From: Cesiribacteraceae bacterium YIM B00369
GTDB taxonomy: Bacteria > Bacteroidota > Bacteroidia > Cytophagales > Cyclobacteriaceae
Assembly (NCBI GenBank): GCA_017948555.1
Contig: JAFMYY010000022.1
Location: forward strand, 43,006 to 107,005
Direction of reading: 5' to 3'
Length of the DNA stretch: 64,000 bases
The notes under the pieces were generated by a model that did no database searches, was not told the DNA's origin, and saw only the letters and a list, made by a program, of their open reading frames with translations. Shown here one piece after another: positions 39,842-50,740 of the stretch (position 1 is its first letter; every line of letters begins with the position of its first letter). The translations under genes and the position numbers were made by a program.

Positions 39842-41527
39842 TCAGTCTTTCAATAATTCCATAATCGGCTCACCGTTGGCTCCGTTAGGCAGGCCAATCC
39901 GCAATAAAAAGGACAGGGTGGGTGCAATATCAGTAATATGTTGCCTCTTAACTGATTCTCCTGCTTTAATTCCCCAGCCATACCAGAGCAAGGGCACGTG
40001 GGTATCGTAATTATAAGATGAGCCATGAGTGGTTCCATAATTCGCGTAATCCATCCAGCCAGGGTCAAGCACCAGAAACACATCGCCCGAACGCTTATAA
40101 TAATAGCCCTTCTGAAGCATCTGAGCCACCCCTTCTGTAAATCCCTGCTCCTGTAAATCTTTTGCAGTATATACTGATGCCACCCCTGACAAGTCTCTGA
40201 GATAAGCAGCGAGCGACTCCTGCACATCGGCCAGCTTTAACTTTTTATCCCTGATAAGCTTGTGGTTAAGGTAATACTGAAGGTTAGTGGCTGATTCAAT
40301 CAAGCCATCCACCCCAAAAGTACTCTTCAGGTAAGCCGACACTTCATTGAGTCCTCCCTTCTGGCTAAAGTATCCGGCAGGCACATTTTTATCGGCCAGG
40401 TACTGTGGCACCTCCGCTGCAGCGTGATCAGCCGTTACAAACACCACATACTCTCCTCTGCCAACTTCAGCATCCAGGTACCGCAGCAATTCTTCAATAT
40501 CCCTGTCCAGGCGGATGTACATATCCTGAACCTCCACAGACCTGGGGCCAAAGCTATGGCCAAGAATGTCGGTGGAGGAATAGCTGATCGCCAAAAGATC
40601 AGGCACTTCGTCTGCCCCCATCTGCTCCCCTTCAATTGCTGCCTTTGCCAGTTCAGTTACTATGGTATTAGCAAAAGGGGTGTAAGTCAGTAAATCGTAA
40701 TTTCCGTTTGCGTTCCTGAGTTCAGCCAGGTTGTATGGAAAAGTGGGCCTTTCTTTGCCACGGATAATTCTCTCGTAAGGAGTATCATCAGGGTTGTCAT
40801 ACTCATTAAGTGCCAGAAGTGGGCTCCAGGTACTGTCCATATACTGCTGCGGAAGGCGACGATCATTAAAATCCACAACCCAGCCGGGGAGCTCTTCCAC
40901 AAAATAAGTACTGGAAATGAATTTACCGTACTTTTTATCGAACCAATAGGCGCCATCGGGCATATGGCCTGCAGGAAAAGCCGCTCCCCTGTCTTTTACA
41001 GCCAGCCCCACCACTTTGGCCTGCTGATTGGTGGCAAGCTTCAGTTCATCAGAAATATTAGTGCTCAGCAGGTTCCGGGATGACATGCTCCCGTCGCCGG
41101 AGTTACTGCCCACTGCTTCTGCCAGGCTGTCTTCCGCACAGTATACGCTGCGCCCAAGCTCCCTGCTATACCAGCCGTTTCCCACCACGCCATGGATGGC
41201 AGGAGTGGTACCCGAATATACAGAAGCATGGCCGGGGCCTGTAACGGTGGGCACGTAATTATAGTGAGTATTCCTGTTGGTAAAGCCCTCCCTCATTATT
41301 CTTTTAAAGCCTCCCTCACCAAACTGAGTACTGTAGCGGGCCAGGTAATCGGGCCGGAACTGATCTATTACAATTCCTACCACCAGCTTAGGTTGTGCAA
41401 TTACTCCGGAATTGGGGGCCTCCGTTTCATTATTATCATCAGCAGCACCCACAGCTGCAGTTTGCCGGGGATGACAGGCAGCCATAAGCAGGCAGGCGGT
41501 CAAAAAAAGACAGGGTAGTTTTCTCAT
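39842..41527 (-). CDS. alkaline phosphatase / phosphodiesterase, PafA-like (AlkP superfamily)
   Basis: Signal peptide; VGIVIDQFRPDY and Thr-nucleophile motif PTVTGPGHAS as in PafA/NPP enzymes. Confidence 0.8.
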   Translation of the reverse strand: MRKLPCLFLTACLLMAACHPRQTAAVGAADDNNETEAPNSGVIAQPKLVVGIVIDQFRPDYLARYSTQFGEGGFKRIMREGFTNRNTHYNYVPTVTGPGHASVYSGTTPAIHGVVGNGWYSRELGRSVYCAEDSLAEAVGSNSGDGSMSSRNLLSTNISDELKLATNQQAKVVGLAVKDRGAAFPAGHMPDGAYWFDKKYGKFISSTYFVEELPGWVVDFNDRRLPQQYMDSTWSPLLALNEYDNPDDTPYERIIRGKERPTFPYNLAELRNANGNYDLLTYTPFANTIVTELAKAAIEGEQMGADEVPDLLAISYSSTDILGHSFGPRSVEVQDMYIRLDRDIEELLRYLDAEVGRGEYVVFVTADHAAAEVPQYLADKNVPAGYFSQKGGLNEVSAYLKSTFGVDGLIESATNLQYYLNHKLIRDKKLKLADVQESLAAYLRDLSGVASVYTAKDLQEQGFTEGVAQMLQKGYYYKRSGDVFLVLDPGWMDYANYGTTHGSSYNYDTHVPLLWYGWGIKAGESVKRQHITDIAPTLSFLLRIGLPNGANGEPIMELLKD

Positions 41528-41619
41528 AAATCAACAATAGTATTCCAGCTCATAAATTAAGTAGCTGCAAAAATAGAAAGGCTGCCAACAGACAGCCTTT
41601 CGGTAATATTAAGGTTAAG

Positions 41620-42174
41620 TTATTTTTTTTGAGGAATAGCAATGCGATAATCCGCTTTTACATTTCCTTTACTGATGTTAGTAAGCTTGCTCTTCAGCAG
41701 CCTTCGTTTAAGGCCTGTTAAATGATCGGTAAACAATACACCTTCTATATGATCATACTCATGCTGAATAATACGGGCGGCAAGGCCTTCGTATTCTTCC
41801 TCATGCTCATTCCAGTCTTCGTCGAAATACCGGATGTGTAATTTTTCCGGCCTGAAAACCTCGGCACGGATACCGGGAATGCTCAGGCAACCTTCTTCAA
41901 AAGACCACTCATCGCCTTCTTCGTCAAAGATTTCGGGATTAATAAATACTTTTTTAAATCCTTTAAGATTTTCTTCATCCATTGGCTCTCCATCCACCAC
42001 AAAAATGCGGAGGCTTTTGCCAATCTGAGGACCTGCAAGCCCTACACCACTGGCATTGTACATGGTTTCAAACATGTCTTCGGCCAGTTGTTTTACATCA
42101 ATACTGCCTTTTTCAATATCTTCGGCCGGCTTTTTCAGTACCGGGTCGCCATAAACCACAATTGGATAAATCAT
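41620..42174 (-). CDS. def: peptide deformylase
   Basis: GVGLAGPQIG, EGCLSIPG, QHEYDHIEG motifs. Confidence 0.9.
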   Translation of the reverse strand: MIYPIVVYGDPVLKKPAEDIEKGSIDVKQLAEDMFETMYNASGVGLAGPQIGKSLRIFVVDGEPMDEENLKGFKKVFINPEIFDEEGDEWSFEEGCLSIPGIRAEVFRPEKLHIRYFDEDWNEHEEEYEGLAARIIQHEYDHIEGVLFTDHLTGLKRRLLKSKLTNISKGNVKADYRIAIPQKK

Positions 42175-42590
42175 AAACGGGAGCTTCTTTCTAAAAATGA
42201 CTGTAAAATAATAGTGGCACTCAGCTTATCAATATTTGCCTTATTTTGCCTGTCCTTCTTTTTTACGCCTCCGGCTATCATAGCACTCATAGCCATTTGC
42301 GACGTAAAACGTTCGTCCTGCAAATGTATGGAAATATCCGGAAAATTCTTTCTTAGTATGGTCACACATCCTTTGGCCATTTGGGTGGCATTGGTATCGG
42401 TATTATCCAGTTTCTTAGGCATACCTACCACAAATGCTTCAACAGCTTCTTTTTCGATGTATTTCTTTATATAATCAACAAGGTCCTTGCTGTGCACAGT
42501 ATCAAGCGGAGAGGCAATTAATTGAAGGGGATCAGTTACAGCCAGGCCAACTCTTTTGGCGCCATAGTCAATGGCCAAAATCCGGGGCAT
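42171..42590 (-). CDS. ruvX: Holliday-junction resolvase-like YqgF/RuvX
   Basis: RILAIDYGAKRVGLAVTD start; 139 aa; overlaps def start by 4 bp. Confidence 0.9.
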   Translation of the reverse strand: MPRILAIDYGAKRVGLAVTDPLQLIASPLDTVHSKDLVDYIKKYIEKEAVEAFVVGMPKKLDNTDTNATQMAKGCVTILRKNFPDISIHLQDERFTSQMAMSAMIAGGVKKKDRQNKANIDKLSATIILQSFLERSSRL

Positions 42591-42594
42591 GAAA

Positions 42595-43338
42595 TTAATT
42601 TAAGTTTACTTTGTTGCGCAAAATCTTTTTTACTTCCTTTTCTATCATCAGTGCTTTAGGAAAAAGGATTTCGTTTTCAATTTTAGCGTGTGTAATAAGG
42701 TTCTCCTCGAAAGACTGCAGCTCTTTATAAACTACCTTTACCAGCAGGCTTGTTTTTTCTGTTGTCTGGTAATCGTTGGTAATATTCCTTATCCCCGCCA
42801 TTTCGTCATCATGCACATCGTGCTCAACAGCAAAGTGCTCCACCGAATGGTTTTCCATCATATAAAACAGCTTTCCCGGATGGAAGTTGCCATTCAGGGC
42901 ATTATTAAGCTGGAGAATGTAAGAGAAAAGGGTGTCCTCTTCCTCGAAAATATGATGGATAAAATCTTCAATAAATAAGGGGAAGACAAACTTAAGATCT
43001 TCGGCTGGAGGGCAGGTAGAAGCCTCCTTCGTACTAAGGCTATGAATAAGCTTGGCAATATAAGGGAGCTTATGCTTTACAAAAAGAAAGTGTGAGTGCT
43101 TAAGGTATTCTATAATAACTTCGACAGGCAGGCTGTTCAGGTTTGGGACATCTCCCTGGCGGGTAGCCGTTTCAAGACTGTTTATCACACTCTGCATACT
43201 CAGGCCCCGCTCACGGCATACCTCTTCCAGTGTATGTTCAGAATAGTCGTAAAATTCTATTCCAAAGTAATACAGCACCGAGGCAAACACATAGTTCTTC
43301 TCAATCAGCTCCGTTATCTTAAACTTTTTATACTCCAC
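42595..43338 (-). CDS. hypothetical protein, hemerythrin/HHE-like cation-binding motifs
   Basis: His/Glu-rich helices (HHIFEEED, HFAVEHDVHDDE); no Cys; weak. Confidence 0.35.
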   Translation of the reverse strand: MEYKKFKITELIEKNYVFASVLYYFGIEFYDYSEHTLEEVCRERGLSMQSVINSLETATRQGDVPNLNSLPVEVIIEYLKHSHFLFVKHKLPYIAKLIHSLSTKEASTCPPAEDLKFVFPLFIEDFIHHIFEEEDTLFSYILQLNNALNGNFHPGKLFYMMENHSVEHFAVEHDVHDDEMAGIRNITNDYQTTEKTSLLVKVVYKELQSFEENLITHAKIENEILFPKALMIEKEVKKILRNKVNLN

Positions 43339-43654
43339 TTTCTCACGCTGTTAAGATTACAAATATACAAAAACGTACTTAAAAATATTGTAAACCAAAA
43401 GCAAAATGGTGTTTTTCTTTTACAGGAACTAATCCTGATGTACTATAAAAGTTTAATTCTGTTTTTATTGCAATAACAGATATTATAACTTTAGTGCAGG
43501 AGCCTGCTAAAAGCAATCAATAAATAAAATTTGCACGATCTTTGTTTAATATTAAAAACGTAAAATTTATTTTTATCGTTAGCATATATAAATAAGCCGA
43601 ACTACCCATTCCCGGTACTGAATTTCAAATACCTGTAAATCAAAAAAATTAACT

Positions 43655-45277
43655 GTGGCCGAATACAAAAACTCAAAATATTCTATCCGGATGCCCTTCC
43701 TTGTTTCTTTAGGAATTGCAGCGGGCATTTTACTTGGCGCAGCCATGAGCAGTGGCAGCAATACACGCAATTCATATTCCGCTATTCTTAAGTTTCGCGA
43801 CATTGTTTCTCATATTGAGAGAAGCTATGTTGATGAGGTGGATACCGATAAACTTGTGGAAGGAGCCATTAACCAGATGCTGGATAAACTGGACCCACAT
43901 TCAGTATATATTCCTAAGGAAGACCTGGCAATAAGCAAATCGCAACTGGAGGGCCAGTTCGAAGGGATTGGCGTGGAATTTAACCTGATGAAGGACACCA
44001 TTTACGTGGTGGCTCCTTTAAGTGGCGGCCCCTCAGAAACTGCCGGTTTAAAACCAGGCGACAAAATTATTAAAGTGGACGGCAAAACAATTGCCGGCAC
44101 CGGCCTTACCAATAAAGATGTGTTTACCCTGCTCCGTGGCCCTAAGGGAAGCAAAGTTGAACTGGGAGTTAAACGCCGTGGAGAAGAAGAACTGGTAAGC
44201 TATACAGTAGTACGGGATAAAATCCCTCAGCACTCTGTGGCTGTAAACTATATGGTAAATGATGAAATCGGGTATATTAAAGTTACCCGCTTCTCAGCCA
44301 CCACCTACGATGAATTTAAACAGGCCATGAGTGAGCTGCAGAACAAAGGCATGAAAAAGCTCATCCTTGACCTGCAGGATAACCCGGGTGGTTATATGGA
44401 CCGCGCCATTAACATGGCCGATGAGTTTATAAGCGGCAACAAACTGATTGTATATACCGATGGCAAACAGTCGCGCTACGACAGCCAGTCGCGTGCGCAA
44501 AGGAAAGGGATGTTCGAGGAGCAGCCGGTTATTGTACTGGTAAATGAAGGAAGCGCTTCTGCCTCTGAAATTGTAGCAGGTGCCCTGCAGGATAATGACC
44601 GCGCCCTTATTGTCGGACGCCGCAGCTTTGGCAAAGGTCTGGTTCAGATGCCAATTGACCTGGCCGATGGCTCACAGCTTCGCCTTACCATCTCACGCTA
44701 CTATACACCAAGCGGGCGCTCCATACAAAAATCTTATGATCCTGATACTGATTACCGGAACGACCTTAATGCCCGTTTTGAGCATGGAGAGTATTTCAGT
44801 GCAGACAGCATTAAGTTTAACGACACCCTGCGCTACGAAACCAGAAACGGACGAGTTGTATATGGAGGAGGAGGGATTATGCCCGATTTCTTTGTGCCTT
44901 TTGACACTACCCAAAATTCATTGTATATGAATAAGCTGTTCCTTAATAATATAATGGGAGAATATACCCTTAATTATACCGAAGACAACCGCAAAAAGCT
45001 TGAGAAAATGGGTTTTGAACAGTTTAAGAACTCTTTTACTGTAACGGACCAGATGTTAAAGGAAATGGTTGCTTTAGGAAAACAGCAGAATGTAAAGTTC
45101 GATGAGAAGGGATATAATAAATCCAAAGAGCTGCTTCGGGTTCATATGAAAGCACTTATAGCAAGGAGCATCTGGAGCAACAAAGGATATTACCCGATAT
45201 TTAACCAGACAAATGAAGTATTCCAGAGAGCTTTGGAGTTATTCGACGAAGCTGCTGAGCTTGCCAGCAACGGGTAA
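43655..45277 (+). CDS. ctp: C-terminal processing peptidase S41 with PDZ domain
   Basis: PDZ (GLKPGDKIIKVDGK), LILDLQDNPGGY, catalytic GSASASEIVAGALQD. Confidence 0.9.
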   Translation: MAEYKNSKYSIRMPFLVSLGIAAGILLGAAMSSGSNTRNSYSAILKFRDIVSHIERSYVDEVDTDKLVEGAINQMLDKLDPHSVYIPKEDLAISKSQLEGQFEGIGVEFNLMKDTIYVVAPLSGGPSETAGLKPGDKIIKVDGKTIAGTGLTNKDVFTLLRGPKGSKVELGVKRRGEEELVSYTVVRDKIPQHSVAVNYMVNDEIGYIKVTRFSATTYDEFKQAMSELQNKGMKKLILDLQDNPGGYMDRAINMADEFISGNKLIVYTDGKQSRYDSQSRAQRKGMFEEQPVIVLVNEGSASASEIVAGALQDNDRALIVGRRSFGKGLVQMPIDLADGSQLRLTISRYYTPSGRSIQKSYDPDTDYRNDLNARFEHGEYFSADSIKFNDTLRYETRNGRVVYGGGGIMPDFFVPFDTTQNSLYMNKLFLNNIMGEYTLNYTEDNRKKLEKMGFEQFKNSFTVTDQMLKEMVALGKQQNVKFDEKGYNKSKELLRVHMKALIARSIWSNKGYYPIFNQTNEVFQRALELFDEAAELASNG

Positions 45278-45304
45278 GCCCTCTTAAATACTACCCGGCA
45301 GATA

Positions 45305-45357
45305 AAAAGCAAAAAAGCAAGAGGCTGTTCCCCAATGGAACAGCCTCTTGCTTTTTA
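45305..45357. terminator. bidirectional rho-independent terminator between convergent genes
   Basis: A-run, GCAAGAGGCTGTTCC-CCAAT-GGAACAGCCTCTTGC (perfect 15-bp stem), T-run. Confidence 0.8.
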
Positions 45358-45584
45358 AATGACTATCTATATTCTCTATCCTTTATTCCTATGCATCAGA
45401 CATTTATCAAAAATTGCGGCAGGTATTACCCCATACCGTAGTCCGCAGAGCATCCTTATTTAAGGAAAACCCTGGCTTAAGCCCGGAAGCCGTTGCTGAT
45501 ACAGCAACAACAGGCATAATAGCTACATATTATACCTGCGTACTTTTATTTTATCCTCAGCATAAAGAAAATCAGGACTAAGGC

Positions 45585-46772
45585 TTAGTAATTCCGCTCT
45601 TTTTTATAGGCGAATATCTTCCATTTTCCGCTACCTGGCTCCGCTTCCCGTACCGGCTCCCTGTTAGTAGTGGTGGTTTTAAAGATAAATTTCCTTTCTT
45701 TAGGCTTTACAGCCTCTTCTCTGCTCCGGAGGCTACGCACGCGCCTGATGCTTTCCGGCTCAGGAAGCTTTTTAGCTTTTCGGCTAACCACTACAGGCTG
45801 CCTGTCTTTTTTCGTGGAATGACCGGATTGGTTATTCCGGCGGTTTTTAACGATACCGAAGGTAGTAATTGCAGCAAGAATTCCTGCGGCAGCCCCGGCA
45901 ATAATTTTTGGCAAAGGATCATTTGCCGGAGGGGGCAGGCTCACTACACCTGTTTCATTAAAATGAGGAGGAGTATCTACATAACGGCCTTCTTTCGGAG
46001 GCAGAAATCTATCAGCAAAATCGATCAGGTCGAGATCAAGCCCCTGGTAATAAAGAGGCTCTCCGTGGCCGGCAGCCAATATGGCCGGACGCAAAGAAGC
46101 CAGCTTATCAATAGATTTTAAAGAAGCTACCCAATCAGGAGTAAAATATTCAGGTGGGCCGTTCAGTACCGGCTTACCGGACATCATGTCTCCCATATTT
46201 CTCATATTTAAAGTAGTAAGTGCATCGCCTGCTACCAGAACGGCGTCACTGTCCCTGAAAAGAGAAATATGCCCCGGAGTATGGCCGGGGGTGTGCAGCC
46301 ATTTCCAGTCTTTTAATCCCGGCACACTGCCATCTTCAGGCAACATATGAATGCGTTCAGAAATATTTACAGGTTTGTTGGTATAGAAACGGCTCAGCTG
46401 GCCGCCAAAACCTCCTACAGTGGGGTCTGCAGGCGGGTATTCCGACTGCCCTGTCAGGTAAGGGATTTCCATGGGGTGAGCGTAAACCGGAACATCCCAG
46501 TAGCGCGATACCTCTTCCACTGTTCCGGCATGGTCGAAATGTCCGTGGGTAAGCACTATTGCTGCAGGGCGGGCCTGAACACCAAAAAGGTCATCAACTG
46601 CCTTTTTAATTTGTTCTGCTGAAAAAGGCATGCCTGTATCAACTAATATCCATGAACCTCCCGGTTCGCCCAGAATGTAGGCATTTACATAGGCGGTGTT
46701 GATCCGGTACACACCAGTTGTTACTTTTCCGGGTGCAGAACCCGGAAATATCTTTTGCATTATTGAAGCCAT
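45585..46772 (-). CDS. MBL-fold metallo-hydrolase with C-terminal TM anchor and basic tail
   Basis: THGHFDHAG metal-binding motif; C-terminal IIAGAAAGILAAITTFGIV helix then a Lys/Arg-rich tail. Confidence 0.85.
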   Translation of the reverse strand: MASIMQKIFPGSAPGKVTTGVYRINTAYVNAYILGEPGGSWILVDTGMPFSAEQIKKAVDDLFGVQARPAAIVLTHGHFDHAGTVEEVSRYWDVPVYAHPMEIPYLTGQSEYPPADPTVGGFGGQLSRFYTNKPVNISERIHMLPEDGSVPGLKDWKWLHTPGHTPGHISLFRDSDAVLVAGDALTTLNMRNMGDMMSGKPVLNGPPEYFTPDWVASLKSIDKLASLRPAILAAGHGEPLYYQGLDLDLIDFADRFLPPKEGRYVDTPPHFNETGVVSLPPPANDPLPKIIAGAAAGILAAITTFGIVKNRRNNQSGHSTKKDRQPVVVSRKAKKLPEPESIRRVRSLRSREEAVKPKERKFIFKTTTTNREPVREAEPGSGKWKIFAYKKERNY

Positions 46773-47036
46773 AAAAATAACATTTTCGTCAGGTTGTCCT
46801 ATTAGTAATTAATTTCCTCCGTTTTTGTTGGGTAAGTTGCTGACTTTTATATGTTTTTAATAAAAATCCAGAACATTCATCTTTCCTATACTACAGCTTA
46901 TAAAAAGAAATGGCATTACCTCCAAAAAGGAGCTCCTGTTCATGAGCCGTATAAGAGGAAAAATAATCCTTAACAATTTTCAGGATAGAATAACAGATAT
47001 AAAAAAATAAAATTTGTTGCTCTTAGAGGCGACACC

Positions 47037-48053
47037 TTAATCTAATTCCACTATAGCTTTAATTACTCCATTGGCAGGATCCAACCAACTTTTAAACTCA
47101 TCTTTTACCTGTCCAAACAAAACCCGGTGTGTAATATAAGTTGTAGGGTCTACCTTTCCGCCTTTCATGGCGCTTACCACGTGCTCAAAATCCTGCCGGG
47201 TAGCATTGCGGCTACTCATTAAAGTTGCTTCCCTCTTATGAAACTCAGGATGACTCACCACCAGATCGCCTTTTTGTAAACCTACCAGCACATAGCGGGC
47301 CCCATGAGCCATATAGTAAAATGCATTATTGATGGCCTTTTGGTTTCCCGTAGCATCTATTACCACTGTTGGCATATCTCCATTAGTAATTTCTTTTAAT
47401 CTTTGCGCCACATCTTCCGTCATTGCATTAACAGTAAAAGGCACCTCAAGCTTATCCTTACAAAAGGAGAGCCTGGTTTCATTAACATCTAATGCAATTA
47501 CCTTAGCTCCTGCAATACGGGCAAATTCCATGATACCCAAACCAATGGGACCTGCACCAGTAACCAAAACAAATTCCCCTGGCTGTACATTCGCCCTCCT
47601 GACACCGTGCGCACCAATGGCGAGTGGTTCCACTAAAGCAAGTGCATCATAGCTCAGCCCTTCTCCGTGCACTAACGAGGATGAAGGAACTGAAAGGTAT
47701 TCCACCATTCCTCCATCAACATGTACTCCACACACATTAATATTACTGCAGCAGTTTGGCTTTCCTGACCGGCAGGCAATACACTCCCCGCAGTTTAAAT
47801 AAGGAATAAATGTTACAGACTCCCCTTTTTCAAAACCAACAGCATCATCAAAATCCACCAGTTCACCAGCCAATTCGTGTCCTAAAATCCTAGGATAGCT
47901 AAAAAATGGTTGTGTACCTTCAAAAGCGTGCAAATCGGTGCCGCATATGCCAATTCGTTTTACTTTTATAATTGACTGCCCCTTCTTCAATTCCGGTTTT
48001 TCTCCCTCGGTATACTCGAAGCTTCCGGGGGTGGTACATATTAATGTCTTCAT
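47037..48053 (-). CDS. zinc-dependent alcohol/polyol dehydrogenase (MDR family)
   Basis: GICGTDLH, GHELAG, structural-zinc Cys cluster CGECIACRSGKPNCC, GAGPIGLG Rossmann. Confidence 0.85.
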   Translation of the reverse strand: MKTLICTTPGSFEYTEGEKPELKKGQSIIKVKRIGICGTDLHAFEGTQPFFSYPRILGHELAGELVDFDDAVGFEKGESVTFIPYLNCGECIACRSGKPNCCSNINVCGVHVDGGMVEYLSVPSSSLVHGEGLSYDALALVEPLAIGAHGVRRANVQPGEFVLVTGAGPIGLGIMEFARIAGAKVIALDVNETRLSFCKDKLEVPFTVNAMTEDVAQRLKEITNGDMPTVVIDATGNQKAINNAFYYMAHGARYVLVGLQKGDLVVSHPEFHKREATLMSSRNATRQDFEHVVSAMKGGKVDPTTYITHRVLFGQVKDEFKSWLDPANGVIKAIVELD

Positions 48054-48101
48054 ATTTTTCAGTAAACAATTTAAATTATTGCAGGGGGATAATCGCCTGC
48101 C

Positions 48102-48947
48102 TTACAGTTTGTAAAAAGTAGTTGCGTTACCGCCAAAAAAAAGCTCCCGCTCATGAGCTGTAAAAGAGGAAAAATAATCTTCTACAATCCCCAGCACTTC
48201 TTTATAAGAGGCCGCTACCAGACAAACCGGCCAGTCGGAGCCGAACATAATTCTTTTAGTACCAAATGCTTCTACAATCACATCCAGGTAAGGACGAAAA
48301 TCTTCCTTTTTCCAGTTCTGCCAGTCTGCCTCGGTAACCATACCGGAAATCTTACAGTATGTATTTTCATTTGCTGCCACTGCCAGCATATCCTTTTTCC
48401 ATTCTTCAATTTTCCCGCCCCGGATGTCAGGCTTTGCCAGATGATCTACCACAAATGGCTGATCCGGAAAAGCTGCAACAAATTCACGGACAGGCTTCAG
48501 CTGGTTTGGAAATATGAGGACATCGTAGGTATAACCAAACTGCCTTAACTTGCTGATGCCTCTCATAAAAGCAGGATGCAGCATAATAGCCGGATCTTCT
48601 GCGCCCTGTAAAACATACCGGAAGCCTTTTAACTTAGGGTATTGCTTCAAAGCAGAAAGCCTTTCTTCCACATCTTCAGCCCAAAAGTCCACCCATCCAA
48701 CTATTCCTTTTATAAAATCATGCTTTCCGGCATTTGCAAGTTGATAGGTATTTTCAGCCTCTGACTGGTCAGACTGCACTACTACACACCCATCTATACA
48801 ATTCTCCTTCAATACAGGCTCTAAATCCTCAGGTAAAAAATCACGCTGGATTACAGCCATTTCCTCCGTTATCCAGCTGTCCCGCACAGGGTTAAACTGC
48901 CAAAAATGTTGGTGCGAATCAATTCTTTGCATTTCCTTCAATCTCAT
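48102..48947 (-). CDS. amidohydrolase-2 family lactonase (L-fucono-/L-rhamnono-1,5-lactonase-like)
   Basis: IDSHQHFW N-terminal metal motif of the amidohydrolase_2 TIM-barrel family; about 280 aa. Confidence 0.75.
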   Translation of the reverse strand: MRLKEMQRIDSHQHFWQFNPVRDSWITEEMAVIQRDFLPEDLEPVLKENCIDGCVVVQSDQSEAENTYQLANAGKHDFIKGIVGWVDFWAEDVEERLSALKQYPKLKGFRYVLQGAEDPAIMLHPAFMRGISKLRQFGYTYDVLIFPNQLKPVREFVAAFPDQPFVVDHLAKPDIRGGKIEEWKKDMLAVAANENTYCKISGMVTEADWQNWKKEDFRPYLDVIVEAFGTKRIMFGSDWPVCLVAASYKEVLGIVEDYFSSFTAHERELFFGGNATTFYKL

Positions 48948-48950
48948 TTT

Positions 48951-49280
48951 TTACAATTTAAAAATCCGGTCCATCAGGATCCATTTCTCCCCTTCTTTTG
49001 CCCAGGGGAGCGGCTTTTGGAATTTCCACATTAGTTCTTCCCATTCCTGCACCTTAGGATTGCCAGCATCCATTGCTGCTTTCTTTTCAAAACTAAAAGC
49101 ATCGTCTGCTTCCATGATCATAAAAAGCCTGTTACCTGTCCGGTAAATCTCCATATCAGTAATTCCGGCATCCAGAATGCTCTTTTTTATTTCAGGCCAC
49201 CCATTTTGGTGCCAATACTCATATTCAGCTATCAATTCAGTATCTTCTTTCAAATCAAGCGCTAAACAATATCTGGTCAT
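48951..49280 (-). CDS. L-rhamnose-mutarotase-family protein (likely L-fucose mutarotase)
   Basis: About 109 aa; YEYWHQNGWPEI...NRLFMIME...WEELMWKFQ matches the RhaM fold pattern. Confidence 0.8.
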   Translation of the reverse strand: MTRYCLALDLKEDTELIAEYEYWHQNGWPEIKKSILDAGITDMEIYRTGNRLFMIMEADDAFSFEKKAAMDAGNPKVQEWEELMWKFQKPLPWAKEGEKWILMDRIFKL

Positions 49281-49352
49281 AATTATTTTTCAAGCTAAAG
49301 GACAGGGAATTAAATTTTATGGTTTATACCTCAGTATGCTTCAATCAAACCC

Positions 49353-50690
49353 TTACACCACCTTTGGCCTGACTTTGCCTGTTAAAGCCTCCTGGCTGCC
49401 TCCATGGTGCTGATGATCTGCTGCTTCCGGTTTACCTTCTTTAAGTGCATATAAGGCAACAACCAGAAAACAGGCCAGTGGCACATAAAAGGCATCGCTG
49501 ATGCTCCCTGATAAATCGGAAAGCTGGCCCTGGACTGCAGGTAAAACCGCACCGCCTAAAATAGCCATAATCAGCCCGGAGCCACCAATTTTAGTATCTT
49601 TCCCCAAGCCCCGTATACCTAAACCATAAATAGTAGGGAACATCAGCGACATACAGCCGGAAATTCCTATTAATGCATAAACAGCCATCTGCCCGCCTCC
49701 AAATATAACGACAAGTGTCAGCGCCATAGCAGCCAGGGAAGCAAAAAGCAGTAGCTTTCCTGCTGAAATAATTTTCATCAAAGCTGTAAAAACAAACCTG
49801 CTCACCATAAATAAAACCAGTGCTGCCATATAGTAATCAGAGGCGCCTGCTTCGGTAAGGCTAAGCTCCTGCATTACATAGCGGATTGTAAATGACCAGA
49901 TGCCAATTTGTGCCCCTATATAAAAGAACTGTGCCACCACTGCCCAAACATAATGAGGTGTTTTAAATAATCTTTTAAAAGTAGGCCCTAAATCCAGCCT
50001 GGAGCCATCATCGGAAGCTTTGGGCATATCAGTAAATTTAACCACCAGCCAAAGCACTATTAGAAAAACAGCAACACCTACGTAAGGACCCATCACTGCT
50101 GTTAACTCTTCGGATTGAATAGCGGCTAATTGCTCCTCACTCATTCCCGCCCTTTCATTTGCACCTGACAGGTTTAACTGGCTAAGAATGAAAACCTGAC
50201 TCAGGAATACTCCTGTTATGGATCCTATCGGGTTAAAAGCCTGTGCAAGATTTAAGCGGCGGGTACCGGTAGCATCCGGCCCCATGGCTACTATATAAGG
50301 GTTTGCCGCGGTTTCCAGTATTGAAAGTCCTCCTGCCAAAACGAATAGCGCCACCAAAAAATGACTGTAGGCCATGGTTATGCTTGCAGGGTAAAACAAT
50401 AAGGACCCAAGGATAAACAATCCCAACCCTAAAAGAACGCCGGTTTTGTAGGTATACTTCTTGATCAGGATGGCTGCAGGCAGGGCCAGACAAAAATAAG
50501 AGCCATAAAAAGCCACCTGTATCCATGAGGTCTGGAAATCGGTCATGCTCATTATCCGCTTGAAGGCCGCCAGCAGGGTATCGGTCATATTATTAGCAAG
50601 TCCCCATAAAAAGAAAAGACTGGTTACCAGAATAAAAGGCCAGACATTTCCTACGCTGATGAGGGATGTGTTGGAGGACCGGTTCTTCAT
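49353..50690 (-). CDS. fucP: L-fucose:H+ symporter (MFS)
   Basis: N-terminus WPFILVTSLFFLWGLANNMTDTLL matches FucP; 12 TM. Confidence 0.85.
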   Translation of the reverse strand: MKNRSSNTSLISVGNVWPFILVTSLFFLWGLANNMTDTLLAAFKRIMSMTDFQTSWIQVAFYGSYFCLALPAAILIKKYTYKTGVLLGLGLFILGSLLFYPASITMAYSHFLVALFVLAGGLSILETAANPYIVAMGPDATGTRRLNLAQAFNPIGSITGVFLSQVFILSQLNLSGANERAGMSEEQLAAIQSEELTAVMGPYVGVAVFLIVLWLVVKFTDMPKASDDGSRLDLGPTFKRLFKTPHYVWAVVAQFFYIGAQIGIWSFTIRYVMQELSLTEAGASDYYMAALVLFMVSRFVFTALMKIISAGKLLLFASLAAMALTLVVIFGGGQMAVYALIGISGCMSLMFPTIYGLGIRGLGKDTKIGGSGLIMAILGGAVLPAVQGQLSDLSGSISDAFYVPLACFLVVALYALKEGKPEAADHQHHGGSQEALTGKVRPKVV

Positions 50691-50740
50691 ATTTCTTTGG
50701 TGTTAAGTAGTAAGTATAGAGGTAATGGAGACACTTTTTT

